64,000 nt of DNA from positions 62,001 through 126,000 of the forward strand of contig CBFFRP010000285.1 in assembly GCA_965644295.1 (NCBI GenBank), written 5' to 3'. The translations under genes and the position numbers were made by a program. The DNA comes from Paraphysomonas bandaiensis. Its lineage: Eukaryota; Protista; Chrysophyceae. The notes under the pieces were generated by a model. The model ran no database searches, was not told the DNA's origin, and saw nothing but the letters and a program-made list of their open reading frames with translations. This document shows, piece after piece, positions 1-11,344 of this stretch (its first letter is position 1; each line of letters starts with the position of its first letter).

Positions 1-122
1 GTATGTATGTATGTATGTATGTATGTATGTATGTATGTATGTATGTATGTATGTATGTATGTATGTATGTATGTATGTATGTATGTATGTATGTATGTAT
101 GTATGTATGTATGTATGTATGT
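1..122. repeat. (GTAT)n tetranucleotide microsatellite, truncated by window start
   Basis: Pure GTAT array ending ~180 bp upstream of the ATG at 304. Confidence 0.98.
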
Positions 123-303
123 AGGTGGGTATGTAAAATTGAGTGTATCTGATGAGCGCATCTATCCTCTTCTCTCTCTCTAACATGCATAGAGCACATT
201 ACCTTCAGGAGATTATTTAATGAATCATTATAATAATAAATTCATTATTCTCTGGGGTCAATCAGTGTAATAAGATGCATTGATTGTTATTATAGTGGGT
301 GAT

Positions 304-3300
304 ATGGCTGATAACAAATGCGAAGGCTCGCTATATATTGAAATAGATGATAAATGGAAAAATCTTTTTTGTTGGATTAGAAATGGAAAGTTTCAAGCAT
401 TTGATAAACAGAGAGTTGTATCAGTATCAAATCAATAGAGTAAAAGACGGCCTGTATTTGAGGTATTGTATGACGTTATACAGCGTGATAGTGCTTTGAT
501 AAGACTCTATTTCAATAACAGTTTGCTATTAATCCATCAAGTGTCAGTTGTAAAGCTCTTAATCCTGGTGCCGGCATATTGAATCGTATAGCTCTTACAG
601 CTGGTTCTACCCTACCGGATTGCCCTGTGCTCTTTGAAGTATGTGCTAGGCTACAGAGTGTATTTTGTCCTAATATATATCTAGATAATATCTGGCGACG
701 ACACGTATGTCTTAGCATGTGCTAATGAGAGAGATCGTGACCGTTGGATTCACGCTTTTGACGCGATATTGGTATGCTGCCACTGCATTCTTGTCCAGTA
801 TCTAACCTGTGCACAGCAGGAGAAGAGCAGTGGGTTTACTTCCATGCTACTGGGTGGCCGCTCAAAGCCATCTGCGGAGCGTGGCATCCAGGATAACACG
901 GTAACTACCTGAGAGAACAGATTTCAAATAATTTGGATTGACATTGTAACTCAGGCACAGGATACATTGCGTGATGGGGAAGGAACGGGAGACTTCAATG
1001 TGCGCGACAGGATGACGTCCATTCATCGCTTGGAATCTATATCCGAGGAAAGGTGTTCCATGGCAGGCAATGCACACGATATGGCCGATGATGAGGATAA
1101 CCAGTACTGTTGCCGAAAGAGCAGCATTTTCCGTATGAAGGTGGATACAATGCAGCGACTCTTTAAGGTTGTCTCAGCCTTCCCCTTTGTGATTGTGGTC
1201 GCCACGCTGAACATATCGAATGCACACTACATATTTCGGTAAATGCTTTCCAAATATGTACATTGTATGTGCTAATACCTATTCCAGGTCAGTCGCATTC
1301 ATCCGACTGATGAATCTTCTCATTTATATAATTCCGTTCATATTCGGTGGGTGTTGTCCGTCCTTGTGTTGTATGTGGCTTAGCCTCTCTTCTGTGCAGT
1401 GGACGTCCTACTATCCAAGGTAAATTCCCTCCGCCTGCAGACGCTCTTTATTGGAGTGTACATTTCTATATACCTTATACCTGTGGGGTACGTTGTCGTG
1501 CAGAAGCTAAAGGTCCGTTATATCACTTATAAACCGTCGTGGTGATTGTTGTGTGGTGCGTTGCAGACAGCTGCTGCCACACATAAAATCGAAGAGGGCA
1601 CATTCTGTTTTCGTCCAGCTCGAGCAATTCGGTGAGTTAGTGTTTTGTATCATATTTCCCTGGATCATCATGTTCTAGGCTTTCTTTCCCCAATGTGTTT
1701 GCGATTCAGGGGTTTGTTCTCGAGTTTGTGCAGCACTGTTGCTATTGCATGCCCCTAGGTATACTTAATTTATTCACTCTGTACAATGGGCTCCGCTCAC
1801 CCTGAATGTAGGTATTTTTGGTAGTGAAGATCAGGACAACACCGTCGAGGACATACCACCATATATACAGTTCAAAATATATTTCTGGATGGCTGTGGCA
1901 TCGGTGTTCATCTGTGCACTCTTGATTGTTCTGAATGCTGTGCTTCGGGTGGGAAAATATATTCTACAGCGTAGGTTTCATGTTAACATTGAATTTCACT
2001 GAGTAGGGGAAGAAACATTACAAATTACAGAATGCCCCGCTAATTTGGCTCTTTCTTTTTACTGTTGGGGGGCCGGGGTGTGTATCATTCTTTATTCTCT
2101 CTATTTCTCTCTAATTCACAGTGTTGTTACTGTCTACTCAGATACGTATCTGTGATAACTATCTTATTCATGGGACTCTGGTGCGACTACTCGGAGGACC
2201 CACCCTTGCTTGTGCAGGATAGAAGTATTGTGTGTTGGGAACGAACTCATACGCGAATGGCCGTTGCTGCGCTCATTGTGAGTTAAGATACTGTCACTAC
2301 GCTTGAAATAATACGTATATCATATGCTCAGTGCTTGGCTGTGTACTTGGTCCAGATGACGTTGCTACCATCTGGAACTTATAAAGGTTTGTATTTGGGA
2401 ACATTGATATATATATATTACTCATGGCATGCAATGTGCAGAGACTATGCGCCAGGATGAACTAGACATTATGTTTGTGCCGGTCTACCTTCAAGCGCAT
2501 TTCTTGTTGAAGGCTATTTTCTGGTAACTAATGGTATGGCTTGCACACTTCAGCTTATTGTTCCATAGTGGGGTGTATGTTTGCTTCTATCTTGACGACT
2601 GGACGAGAGTGGTGACACTGACTGTGCTAAATATCGCGCTGTTAGTGCTCAATAGGTATGTATTTCTGGTATATATCTTTTGGTGAGAGTCTTTCGTGGC
2701 TAGTCATATGAAACCGTGCTCAGTACACTCTGTTAATGTTGCCCGCGATACTTTCTTCATTGGAGCAGTTCTCTCTGGTAAGAATGCATGCGTTACTTGC
2801 CTCGATTTAACCTGACAGTGTCTATAGGCCTGCAATCGCTGAACTATATTGCGAACGCTGAGATAGGAAAAGAGTCTGAAGCACAGACAGGGTCTACGAA
2901 GGCCCTGTACTTATCTACGTTAGTGACCAATATAATATTTGTATGCATAGGTGAGTTTGCATGTGCTGTGCGATTGAACCTAACTAAGTTATGATGCGCC
3001 CCGCATAGCTATGTATGTCTACTACCTTCATAGTTCGAGGAGTACGAAATTCCAAATCGCCCGTACCTTCCTCGATCTGGAGTGGCAGGTACTGCGTACG
3101 TGTGCCGCTAAGTATTGTTGGAAGTTATTTGCACATGTTACATAGGTCGCCAAGGGAGGGTCCGTGCACCCTCGCGTACTTGAACCTCTGATATCTTTAA
3201 CCTTAAGGCAAGTTCAATTGAAATTGCGCTGAAGCGTAGATTATTGTGTGTTTTTACAGCCCCGAGAGGCCGGATCTGGAACTTGCGAAGAACTACATCG

Positions 3301-5438
3301 AGCAGCTAGTGTGGTTGATATCTTATCCAAATATACGTGTTCAATTTCAGTCTGCATGGGGTCTAGCTAATATCGCTCTTGGTAGGTGATTAAAGGAGGA
3401 TTTTATACCAAATAACTAAAGTTTTTGTGTAGTTGATGAAGATGCAAGGAGAAAGATACACGAAGCAGGTGGTACCAAGAGTCTATTTGAATGGTATATG
3501 GACATGGATATCGTTGTCCAGATGGAAACTCTTGCTGCACTGGTAATCGAACATTATACTCGTTTGGTGTATTGTGGTTCATATTGTGGCCACAGGTCAA
3601 TCTGACGCTATCGTATGAAGTTGCCGATGACATGGTGGAGAGGTAAAATAAGTAAAACTTTTTTTTGTAAACTTATGTGGTGGCTATCAGATATAAATGC
3701 ATCCCGTTCTTTATTTCCCTTGTGTCTGGAACGAAGTTGAAGCATGCACAGTTTTCTGCTATTGCTGTGGGAAATTTGGCACGAAAAGAGGTAATATGTT
3801 TTCCTTACATCTGTGCCAGCATCATGTGTATAATTTAGAGCTTTCGTGAACAAATACGTAAACACGGCGGAATACCAGTGCTTGTTGGATGTATAATGTC
3901 GTCTGACTATCAGAAGAAGAGGTACTTAGCATCATATTTACTCATTTTGTTTAAATAGCTGTGCAGATACGGTGCACTGGCCCTAGCAAACATGGCCCTG
4001 TCCCCTTCTCTAGAAATAGTGCAGGTTTACTGATAATATGGGTGACGCAATCGATTAATAAACTGTCGTAGATCTTCACATCTAAGGGGCTTCTGGATAG
4101 AATCATAAAGGTATTTGCATGAGGCATTTTCTTCTGAAATTCATCTGGTTTGAACCTGTGGTGTATTTGCAGATGGCTGTTAGAAAGGAGATTGAAACAC
4201 AGAGGGAAGTAACCGCGTTGATTAGGTCCGTAGCACGCGATGGGCTTCTTGGTTCTTCAAATAACATTACTTTTCAGGAACTTATCTTGTCATGCTCACC
4301 TCCGCCCAATTTTACTGGAGAGACGTGTCATCGATGCGATTAAAGCAGCTGATGTGGGCTTATATTATATTTTGTTGCGTGGGTAGTCTGACGTTATACG
4401 TAGAACTCAGTTTTTCCGGAGGTTGTGGAATGGGCTGATGAAATTCTTAAACTAATGGAGAAGGATATCGTGGTGCGACCATTATGTTAATATTATTTTT
4501 GACTTATAGGATGTATATTTCAGACGAAAGATTCAGGCCAACGTGTAAACTTTATGTCGAAGGTTGTCATTGTGCAATGTATATTATTTTCTCATCGAGT
4601 GGTGTAGGATACTTCAAAGGTTCTAGGCAGAGTTGATCGTGTTTCGCAAGCGGAGTACGATTTACTACAGAAGATGACACCGTTGGAAGGTACTAGTTAT
4701 AACTGCATCATCGTTGTTTCTTGTCACGCGTACCTTTGTCATAGCATCTGTGACATGGTCTACTTGGGGGTCGAAATTAGAAAGTATATTTACCCCTATA
4801 TTTGCTACCCTTCCTACATTGCAGGCGAGTTATGAGTTCATATTATGGTAGTCAAACTAACTACATGCACACAGGGCATTCAGATATATACTCACATGAA
4901 TAGTCCTGTGGATGTATACTTGGCGAAAGGTCTGTCGAAAGGAAGCGCTGACAAATATAGGGACTCCATGGTGTACATAATTATGGGTAATGTGGAAATA
5001 TAACGAAGCATCGTAAACATTTATTGCACTAATTTCAGAGCGTCCATCACATGGGAGGTTGAATGAGTATTCAACATCTTCAGATTATGTAACTTACACT
5101 CCGAACGATGGTTTGTAATATCTTATATATAAACTTGACTCATACCGTTGGTAGATTACTGCGGTACTGATTTCTTCACGTTTCGCGTTCAGTTGGGGTC
5201 ACTATCGAGCGCGGCAGCTACAGTAGCGATAACGATTGATGACGAGGCTGCTCCTAGTGGCCCGTCCAGCTCGAACCAGCAAGGATTTTCTAGATCTAAT
5301 TCATCTGGCAAGGGAAAGCAAGAGCAATACTTGACAAGTTTTCCTAGTACTGCAGGCAAGCTTCCCGAAATGTCACTTCCGAGCCGGATGAAACAAAGTA
5401 GACCAAAGGCAAACTTTGATCCATCCTCAATGTTGTAA
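304..5438 (+). CDS. Highly intron-rich gene: N-terminal PH domain, multi-pass TM region, armadillo repeats, C-terminal Ig/cadherin-like (Big_9-like) domain
   Basis: Manual splicing of ~50-nt GT-AG introns: MADNKCEGSLYIEIDDKWKNLFCWIRNGKF...YVLACANERDRDRWIHAFDAIL (PH); hydrophobic exons ~1150-3030; ARM-like QFQSAWGLANIAL, GGIPVLVGCI, YGALALANMAL, QREVTALIRNLS; HGRL..YVTYTPND.YCGTDFFTFRV. Exon boundaries approximate. Confidence 0.7.
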
Positions 5439-5884
5439 TGTTTTTGTACACGTGCACGAAAGTGTGATAGCGGCTATAAATGGCTTCTGAATCATTCTGC
5501 AGGTGTTAGCGGTTTTAATTATAGTTTTTGAGAACAGAAATTATAACATGAATACAGCTTAGGTATTGTTTGAAAGTAGACTTTGGTAGCACAGTAGTGA
5601 CGGTGATACATATAAAACAAGTATATTCAGAATCAATGGAGAGAACTTCTGTGTTTTGTTCACTATTTGTTACTGTGGCTGTATCAGTGTATGAGCTTCA
5701 CATGTTGCATTGATACATCTATCTCCGCTCGTGGGTATGTACCCCTAGGGACATTCTTAAACTTTAAATCATATCATGAATGGTGTTTGAATATAATTAT
5801 GAACTTATGAACACTATTTCTCGACAAATCAGCTTTATAAAGCTGAACTACAATAGAGATTCTGGGCACTAAAGTTGATGAGAA

Positions 5885-6147
5885 TGTTGGAATACGTTAA
5901 ATGCAATGTGAAAATACGTAGTCAAAAATACTATATGCTATAGCTGTGAAACTGAAGTATCATGACGATTCAAGATACGGAAGTTGTAATTAGAGGTTGG
6001 TATGAAAGAAGTATAAAATTATGTTGCTGATGTGTCTGACATGATAACGCATAATTGCCTATGCAATAATAATTAATAATCTATCTAGTGTAACAACTTG
6101 TCTTTCCTTTCACGATCTAGGCAAATAAAAATGTTCAATAGTTAATA
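5885..6147 (+). mobile_element. Solo LTR (copia-related family)
   Basis: TGTTGG...GTTAATA bounded by 5-bp TSD GAGAA (5880-5884/6148-6152); similar to 38248-38530 and 19565-19713; shares GAAACTGAA..AAGATAYG core with the intact copia LTR. Confidence 0.8.
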
Positions 6148-6165
6148 GAGAAGCGGCAATCACAG

Positions 6166-6472
6166 TATTAATTTACGCTTTTAGTTAGTGCAATATTGAC
6201 TGATTGATATTATAGGAGATATAGTAAGTTTATGATGTTGTAGCCCTGTGAGTTAGGAACCACGTCATTCACCAACATCAACATTCTGTTCTACAAATCA
6301 TATCTTTAACAGCTACTATATTTTCAGTTTCTTTGTATACTTGTAATAGCTACTCCTATACTGTAGTCATGTATATTCTGTATTTCATTGCTACATAGAA
6401 TACAGGATAACTACTAGCGATTGACTTTACCAAACTTCAAGTACGCACGTAGGAGTTGGTTGTAGTTCAATA
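6166..6472 (-). repeat. 3' LTR of copia element
   Basis: Direct repeat of 11038-11344; TATT...AATA termini. Confidence 0.95.
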
Positions 6473-6520
6473 CTCCCACTCAATGAACATATCAGAATAT
6501 ACTGTGATGAGCAAGTCTAC

Positions 6521-9500
6521 TTAGTGCGATACCATAGTGTGCACATGCTGATAGTGCAGCTTCTCGGACAAGGCTTTAGTCATCACGTCTGCTGTCATCT
6601 CTGCCGTTGGCACATGATTCAGCCTGACGATACAGCCTCCCACTTGCTCTCGAATCCAATGATACTTGATCCGAATATGCTTGGAACGTTTATGATTTAC
6701 CGGGTTCTGAGCTAGATCAATCGCACTCTTGCTGTCCATATTCAAGATTGTTGGAGACGCATTCTTACTGAGCTCAAATCCACGAATTCCGAGCTCTGTC
6801 ATCACCCCTCGTATCCATACAATCTCCTGAATTGCAGCATATGCAGCCATATATTCAGCTTCCATAGTCGACGTAGCCACTGTTGGCTGCAGTCTGGACT
6901 GCCATGCAATTGGAGCACCCCACAGATATACGATATACCCTGTAGTGGATCTGCATGTATCCAGATCTCCGGCCCAATCTGCATCAGAGTACACACATAG
7001 AGGGTCTTCATCTGTGAAATTAGGAAATATGATACCTTGATCAACTGTATTTTCTAAATACAATAAAGTATGCAGAGCAGCTTGACATGCAGCGTACGTG
7101 GGTCTTGTGGTGAACCGGGAGAGAAGATTTACTGTATATGCCATGTCTGGTCTAGTATGCACTGCCAAATACATTAAGGCACCAATAACAGATTGATAGG
7201 GAAATGCATCAACGTATTCTCTCTGTTTTCGAGTTTCTTCCTCTTTTGCATCCTTGGACAACTTTAGGCCAGGTGGTAGAGGTGTGGTTGCCTTGCACCG
7301 TCTCTTCTTTTCTGACAACAAGTGATTGAATCTGGCCACAACATCTTTAGCATATGCAGACTGATGTAACTTAATCTGGCCATTATGACGCTCAATGGTA
7401 AGACCTAAATAATGCTTAAGGTCCCCCATATCTTGCATGGCATATTGAGTCTTAAAGGCGCTGATGACTTCTTCAATATGACGGCTGTCAGAGCTGAGCA
7501 CAATGATATCATCTACATACACAAGTATCATATGTAGGTTATCATCAGTACCCTTGAGTACAAATAAACATGGGTCAAGAACACATTGTTTATACCCCAT
7601 CGCCTTTATACTGTCCTTCAGCATTGAATGCCAATTTCGAGGCGCTTGTTTTAGGCCATACAAACTCTTCAGAATCTTCAAACAACAGCCTTGTGGAATA
7701 TCTATTCCTGCAGGTGGAGACATAAACACGTCTTCGTCCAGATCTGCATACGGAAATGCCGTTTCTACATCGAGTTGACGGAGTTGCAGATTGTATCGCA
7801 GAGCCAGTGCTAGTGCTAGCCTAAATGATACACCTTTAGCTACTGGGGAGAATGTCTCATTATAGTCGACTCCTTGTTCTTGAGTAAACCCTTTCGCCAC
7901 AAGTCGAACTTTGAACTTCTTAATTTTTCCAAGATGGTCGCGCTTTACTTTAAAGACCAATTTAGATTTTATGATTTTTCGGTGTTTCGGCCTTCGGACA
8001 ATCTTCCAGCATGTCCTTCGTTCAAGCTTGTGCACCTCCTTCCTGGTAGCTTCAATCCAGTATGTTCTCTGTGGAGTCTTCTTTGCTTCTGCCAGCGTCT
8101 GTGGCTCTTTAATTGTGCTGTTGGAGGAATCAAGAAACAATGAGACATCGCCGAGGACACCAACGTTAACAATGTGCCGTTTTTTTCGAGGTCGTTTTTC
8201 AGTTCTGGGATTTCGATCTGCCCCACCTGTTGAAGATGCGCCCCGATTTGAGCGGTCAGGAGTCCTCTGTTCATTGTCACTGTCATTACAAGTCTGATCC
8301 AACTCATTTCGCAAACTATTAAACTTGTCGGTCTGACACTTTGTAGAGTGAGTCATCTTTACTACATCTTTGATATGAATTGGAGTTTGCTCCTCGGTAG
8401 TATTTCCTTTCATATCTAATCTCCTATATGCAACAATGACTCCTCTTCTCTCTATCACTCTGGTGGTAACATAACACAGGTGTCCATCAAGATGTCTGAG
8501 GCCCACCAGGTACTGATAGTCATTTACACTCTCTGCTGTTTCTGAGGTGTCGATTTGTAGATTATCTATTTCGTCGAAATACTCCTGTGAACGCTCTGGA
8601 ATTGACTCATCAAACTGTGCATTGACTGCAACAATAATAGCATTCAGGTCTGGAATATATATTTGGTGTCCAACAGGTTGTTGACATTGTCCCATATAGT
8701 ATCCAGGTTTTCCCTTTTCTTTCCACTCTTTGCGGCGCTGCTCCTTCGGCACAATAGCCCATGCCTTGCAGCCCCAGATCTTCAAGTCACTCACATCTGG
8801 TGCGGTTCCAGTAATATACTCAAAAGGTGAGATGTATCCTTTCGTTGTCTTCGTAGGTAACCTGTTGATCAGATATACAGCATGCAAGACTGCTTTGAAC
8901 CAAAATACTGATGGCATGCCACTATCGAGCAATATAGCAAGGGCCATCTCCTTCACTGTACGATTAGTGCGTTCCGATAGCGAATTCATTTCGGGTGTGT
9001 CACGTGGAGTCCAAGTAACCTGTACAGTCCTTGTGCTGGTGGTTTCACGTAAGTACTGCCTGACATGTTGCCCTACTAGTTCTCCTGCGCCATCTGCATG
9101 ATATCGTCGTAGTTGCAATCCTTCTTTGACAAGTTGGGTCTCTACCATGTCCTTCATACACTTTAACACTTCACTCCCAGTCTTGTTTTTCAACCCATAA
9201 GCCCATACATGTTTTGCATCACTGTGCTTGAATAGTAACACATGTTTGTAGCCTTCCATCGATGGCGTGTTTAGGACTTCCATCGTATCTGCACTGAGCA
9301 CCCCTCTCTCCTTTGGGTTGTTGTCTAAGTTCATCAACTGGCGTGGAGTCCTGAAGTTCTTTCTCGTGAGTTTCGATCGCATGCAGGTATTACATTTGCA
9401 TATCGTTTTTTTGTGTTTTTTTCTGAAATATTTCTTGTCCAGATTTATTCCATCAACTAGGCCTCGGCGGTCGGACTCAGTCAGTTTATCATAGTTGACA

Positions 9501-11038
9501 TGGCCAAGTCTTTTGTGCCATAGAATTCGCTGGTCATCAAACCCCTGCTCCTCAAGTGCTGCTGAGGATTCTTCTCCAAGCTGAAGTAAGTCTTCGAGTC
9601 GAACTGGATATAATCCATTAACACTTCTCTGTCTAATGAGTGTCTTGTTCGTAGTCTTATTTCGAATGACGACTTCATCATTATCGAACGTCACAACACA
9701 ACCCCTATCTGTGATGCTCTTCATATCTACGAGGTTCTTACTTGCTTCAGGTGCGTAGTACACCTTTTTAAAGCTTCCTACATCGCCAACACTGTGTATT
9801 GACAGTTTACCTTTGTTCGCTGTGGACATCTGCCTATCAGCGCGCTGAAGGTTGGTCATGTGGTTTTTGGAGGTAAGGATCATCTTGTTGCACCCGCTGT
9901 CTAAATAAATAACATCTGACATGCTCTGTGCTAGATTCACCTCTTCTTCCACACATATCATCGATTCGTATCCCGCTTCATCTTCTGAATCATGTACAGA
10001 CACTCGCGGTTTCTTCTTGTTCTTGTAGGGTGCCGTTTCCCTTCTAGAGTCTCGCCCCCGTTTAGAACTGACCACTGCAGCTTTAGCAGTCTTCAAGTGG
10101 AAGCAGTCTTTAGTCTGATGGCCTGGGATGTCACATATCTCACACACAGGTAGCTTTGTTTTGTTATCACCCCTGTTTCTGTGATCTCTATCTTTTCTCT
10201 GTGATCTTGTCCCCTTCATCCTCTTTATGACATGCTCTGGAGTCTTGCACTCCCTAGCAAAGTGGCCAAGTTTCTTGCACTTATTGCATCTGCCCTTTCT
10301 CTTGTGCTCTTTCCATTTACTGTCATCCATTGCTTGATTGACACTGTCTTCCCCTGAATTTTGCAACGCATGCTTGCCGAATGATGTGTTTTCATACCCT
10401 TTGATTAGGCTGCTTGCTCTTGCGTATGTCACATCGTTTGCTGTATACAGGCTGTGTGCTAGTTGGGAATATCTCTTGTCTGTGAGACCTTCCTTTAGTC
10501 GAGTGAGCTTGTCGTCTTCCGTGACTTCACGACCTAGATTCTCGAGAATCTTGGCCTGGGCTTCAACGCTGTCGACGAACTCTGCTCCTGACTGACTTGA
10601 GGTAATCTTCATTGAATTGAACTTTGTGACCTCTGCCTGTACTGTATTCTTTTCAACATTGAGAAATCTCTCTTCCAGTGCCTGTAGTAACCCTTTTGCT
10701 GTACTTCCTTCGTAGAGAGCCGCTGTTGTGCCTGCTTTTGGGTGAGCATTGCACACTTCCATCAGGAAGGAGTACGCGGTCTCGTTCCGGGTGTTCCAGA
10801 GTTTCTTCGCTTTGCGTAGTCGCTTCTTCTGTGCATCAGTCATATGAGCTCCCGCTGGGACTGTAGAGTCTAGATCATGAATGTGCCTTGGTTTATCCTT
10901 TGAGAGGACAAGATGAGCTCGATTGTGTCTCATGAGGAATGAGGTGAAGAACTTCTTGAATTTCTTGAAGTTCAGTTCCTCGAAGGGAGGTACCTTTGAG
11001 CCTGAGGCGACATTCGTGAAATTTCCATCCGCTGCCAT
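6521..11038 (-). CDS. Copia Gag-Pol polyprotein (Gag, 2 CCHC knuckles, protease, integrase, RT, RNase H), 1505 aa
   Basis: CNKCKKLGHFAREC and CEICDIPGHQTKDC; YLDSGC protease; LWHKRLGH..CNTC; D..DGAGE..ERTNR integrase; KVRLVAKGFTQ, LYGLKQA, VYVDD RT; YSDADWAG RNase H; PR-IN-RT-RH order. Confidence 0.97.
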   Translation of the reverse strand: MAADGNFTNVASGSKVPPFEELNFKKFKKFFTSFLMRHNRAHLVLSKDKPRHIHDLDSTVPAGAHMTDAQKKRLRKAKKLWNTRNETAYSFLMEVCNAHPKAGTTAALYEGSTAKGLLQALEERFLNVEKNTVQAEVTKFNSMKITSSQSGAEFVDSVEAQAKILENLGREVTEDDKLTRLKEGLTDKRYSQLAHSLYTANDVTYARASSLIKGYENTSFGKHALQNSGEDSVNQAMDDSKWKEHKRKGRCNKCKKLGHFARECKTPEHVIKRMKGTRSQRKDRDHRNRGDNKTKLPVCEICDIPGHQTKDCFHLKTAKAAVVSSKRGRDSRRETAPYKNKKKPRVSVHDSEDEAGYESMICVEEEVNLAQSMSDVIYLDSGCNKMILTSKNHMTNLQRADRQMSTANKGKLSIHSVGDVGSFKKVYYAPEASKNLVDMKSITDRGCVVTFDNDEVVIRNKTTNKTLIRQRSVNGLYPVRLEDLLQLGEESSAALEEQGFDDQRILWHKRLGHVNYDKLTESDRRGLVDGINLDKKYFRKKHKKTICKCNTCMRSKLTRKNFRTPRQLMNLDNNPKERGVLSADTMEVLNTPSMEGYKHVLLFKHSDAKHVWAYGLKNKTGSEVLKCMKDMVETQLVKEGLQLRRYHADGAGELVGQHVRQYLRETTSTRTVQVTWTPRDTPEMNSLSERTNRTVKEMALAILLDSGMPSVFWFKAVLHAVYLINRLPTKTTKGYISPFEYITGTAPDVSDLKIWGCKAWAIVPKEQRRKEWKEKGKPGYYMGQCQQPVGHQIYIPDLNAIIVAVNAQFDESIPERSQEYFDEIDNLQIDTSETAESVNDYQYLVGLRHLDGHLCYVTTRVIERRGVIVAYRRLDMKGNTTEEQTPIHIKDVVKMTHSTKCQTDKFNSLRNELDQTCNDSDNEQRTPDRSNRGASSTGGADRNPRTEKRPRKKRHIVNVGVLGDVSLFLDSSNSTIKEPQTLAEAKKTPQRTYWIEATRKEVHKLERRTCWKIVRRPKHRKIIKSKLVFKVKRDHLGKIKKFKVRLVAKGFTQEQGVDYNETFSPVAKGVSFRLALALALRYNLQLRQLDVETAFPYADLDEDVFMSPPAGIDIPQGCCLKILKSLYGLKQAPRNWHSMLKDSIKAMGYKQCVLDPCLFVLKGTDDNLHMILVYVDDIIVLSSDSRHIEEVISAFKTQYAMQDMGDLKHYLGLTIERHNGQIKLHQSAYAKDVVARFNHLLSEKKRRCKATTPLPPGLKLSKDAKEEETRKQREYVDAFPYQSVIGALMYLAVHTRPDMAYTVNLLSRFTTRPTYAACQAALHTLLYLENTVDQGIIFPNFTDEDPLCVYSDADWAGDLDTCRSTTGYIVYLWGAPIAWQSRLQPTVATSTMEAEYMAAYAAIQEIVWIRGVMTELGIRGFELSKNASPTILNMDSKSAIDLAQNPVNHKRSKHIRIKYHWIREQVGGCIVRLNHVPTAEMTADVMTKALSEKLHYQHVHTMVSH

Positions 11039-11344
11039 ATTAATTTACGCTTTTAGTTAGTGCAATATTGACTGATTGATATTATAGGAGATATAGTAAG
11101 TTTATGATGTTGTAGCCCTGTGAGTTAGGAACCACGTCATTCACCAACATCAACATTCTGTTCTACAAATCATATCTTTAACAGCTACTATATTTTCAGT
11201 TTCTTTGTATACTTGTAATAGCTACTCCTATACTGTAGTCATGTATATTCTGTATTTCATTGCTACATAGAATACAGGATAACTACTAGCGATTGACTTT
11301 ACCAAACTTCAAGTACGCACGTAGGAGTTGGTTGTAGTTCAATA
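11038..11344 (-). repeat. 5' LTR of copia element
   Basis: Direct repeat of 6166-6472, followed directly by TGGCAGCGG (putative PBS). Confidence 0.95.

Larger units (their letters stand above)
6166..11344 (-). mobile_element. Intact Ty1/copia LTR retrotransposon (5179 bp)
   Basis: 307-bp LTRs at 6166-6472 and 11038-11344, identical by eye; 5-bp TSD CACAG (6161-6165/11345-11349); PPT TGAGTGGGAG before the 3' LTR; single gag-pol ORF. Confidence 0.97.

Noticed and set aside
436-438. Alternative genetic code (TAG reassigned)
   Set aside because: Other genes terminate with TAG (e.g. 43692, 28086, 33154) and long ORFs have no internal TAG.
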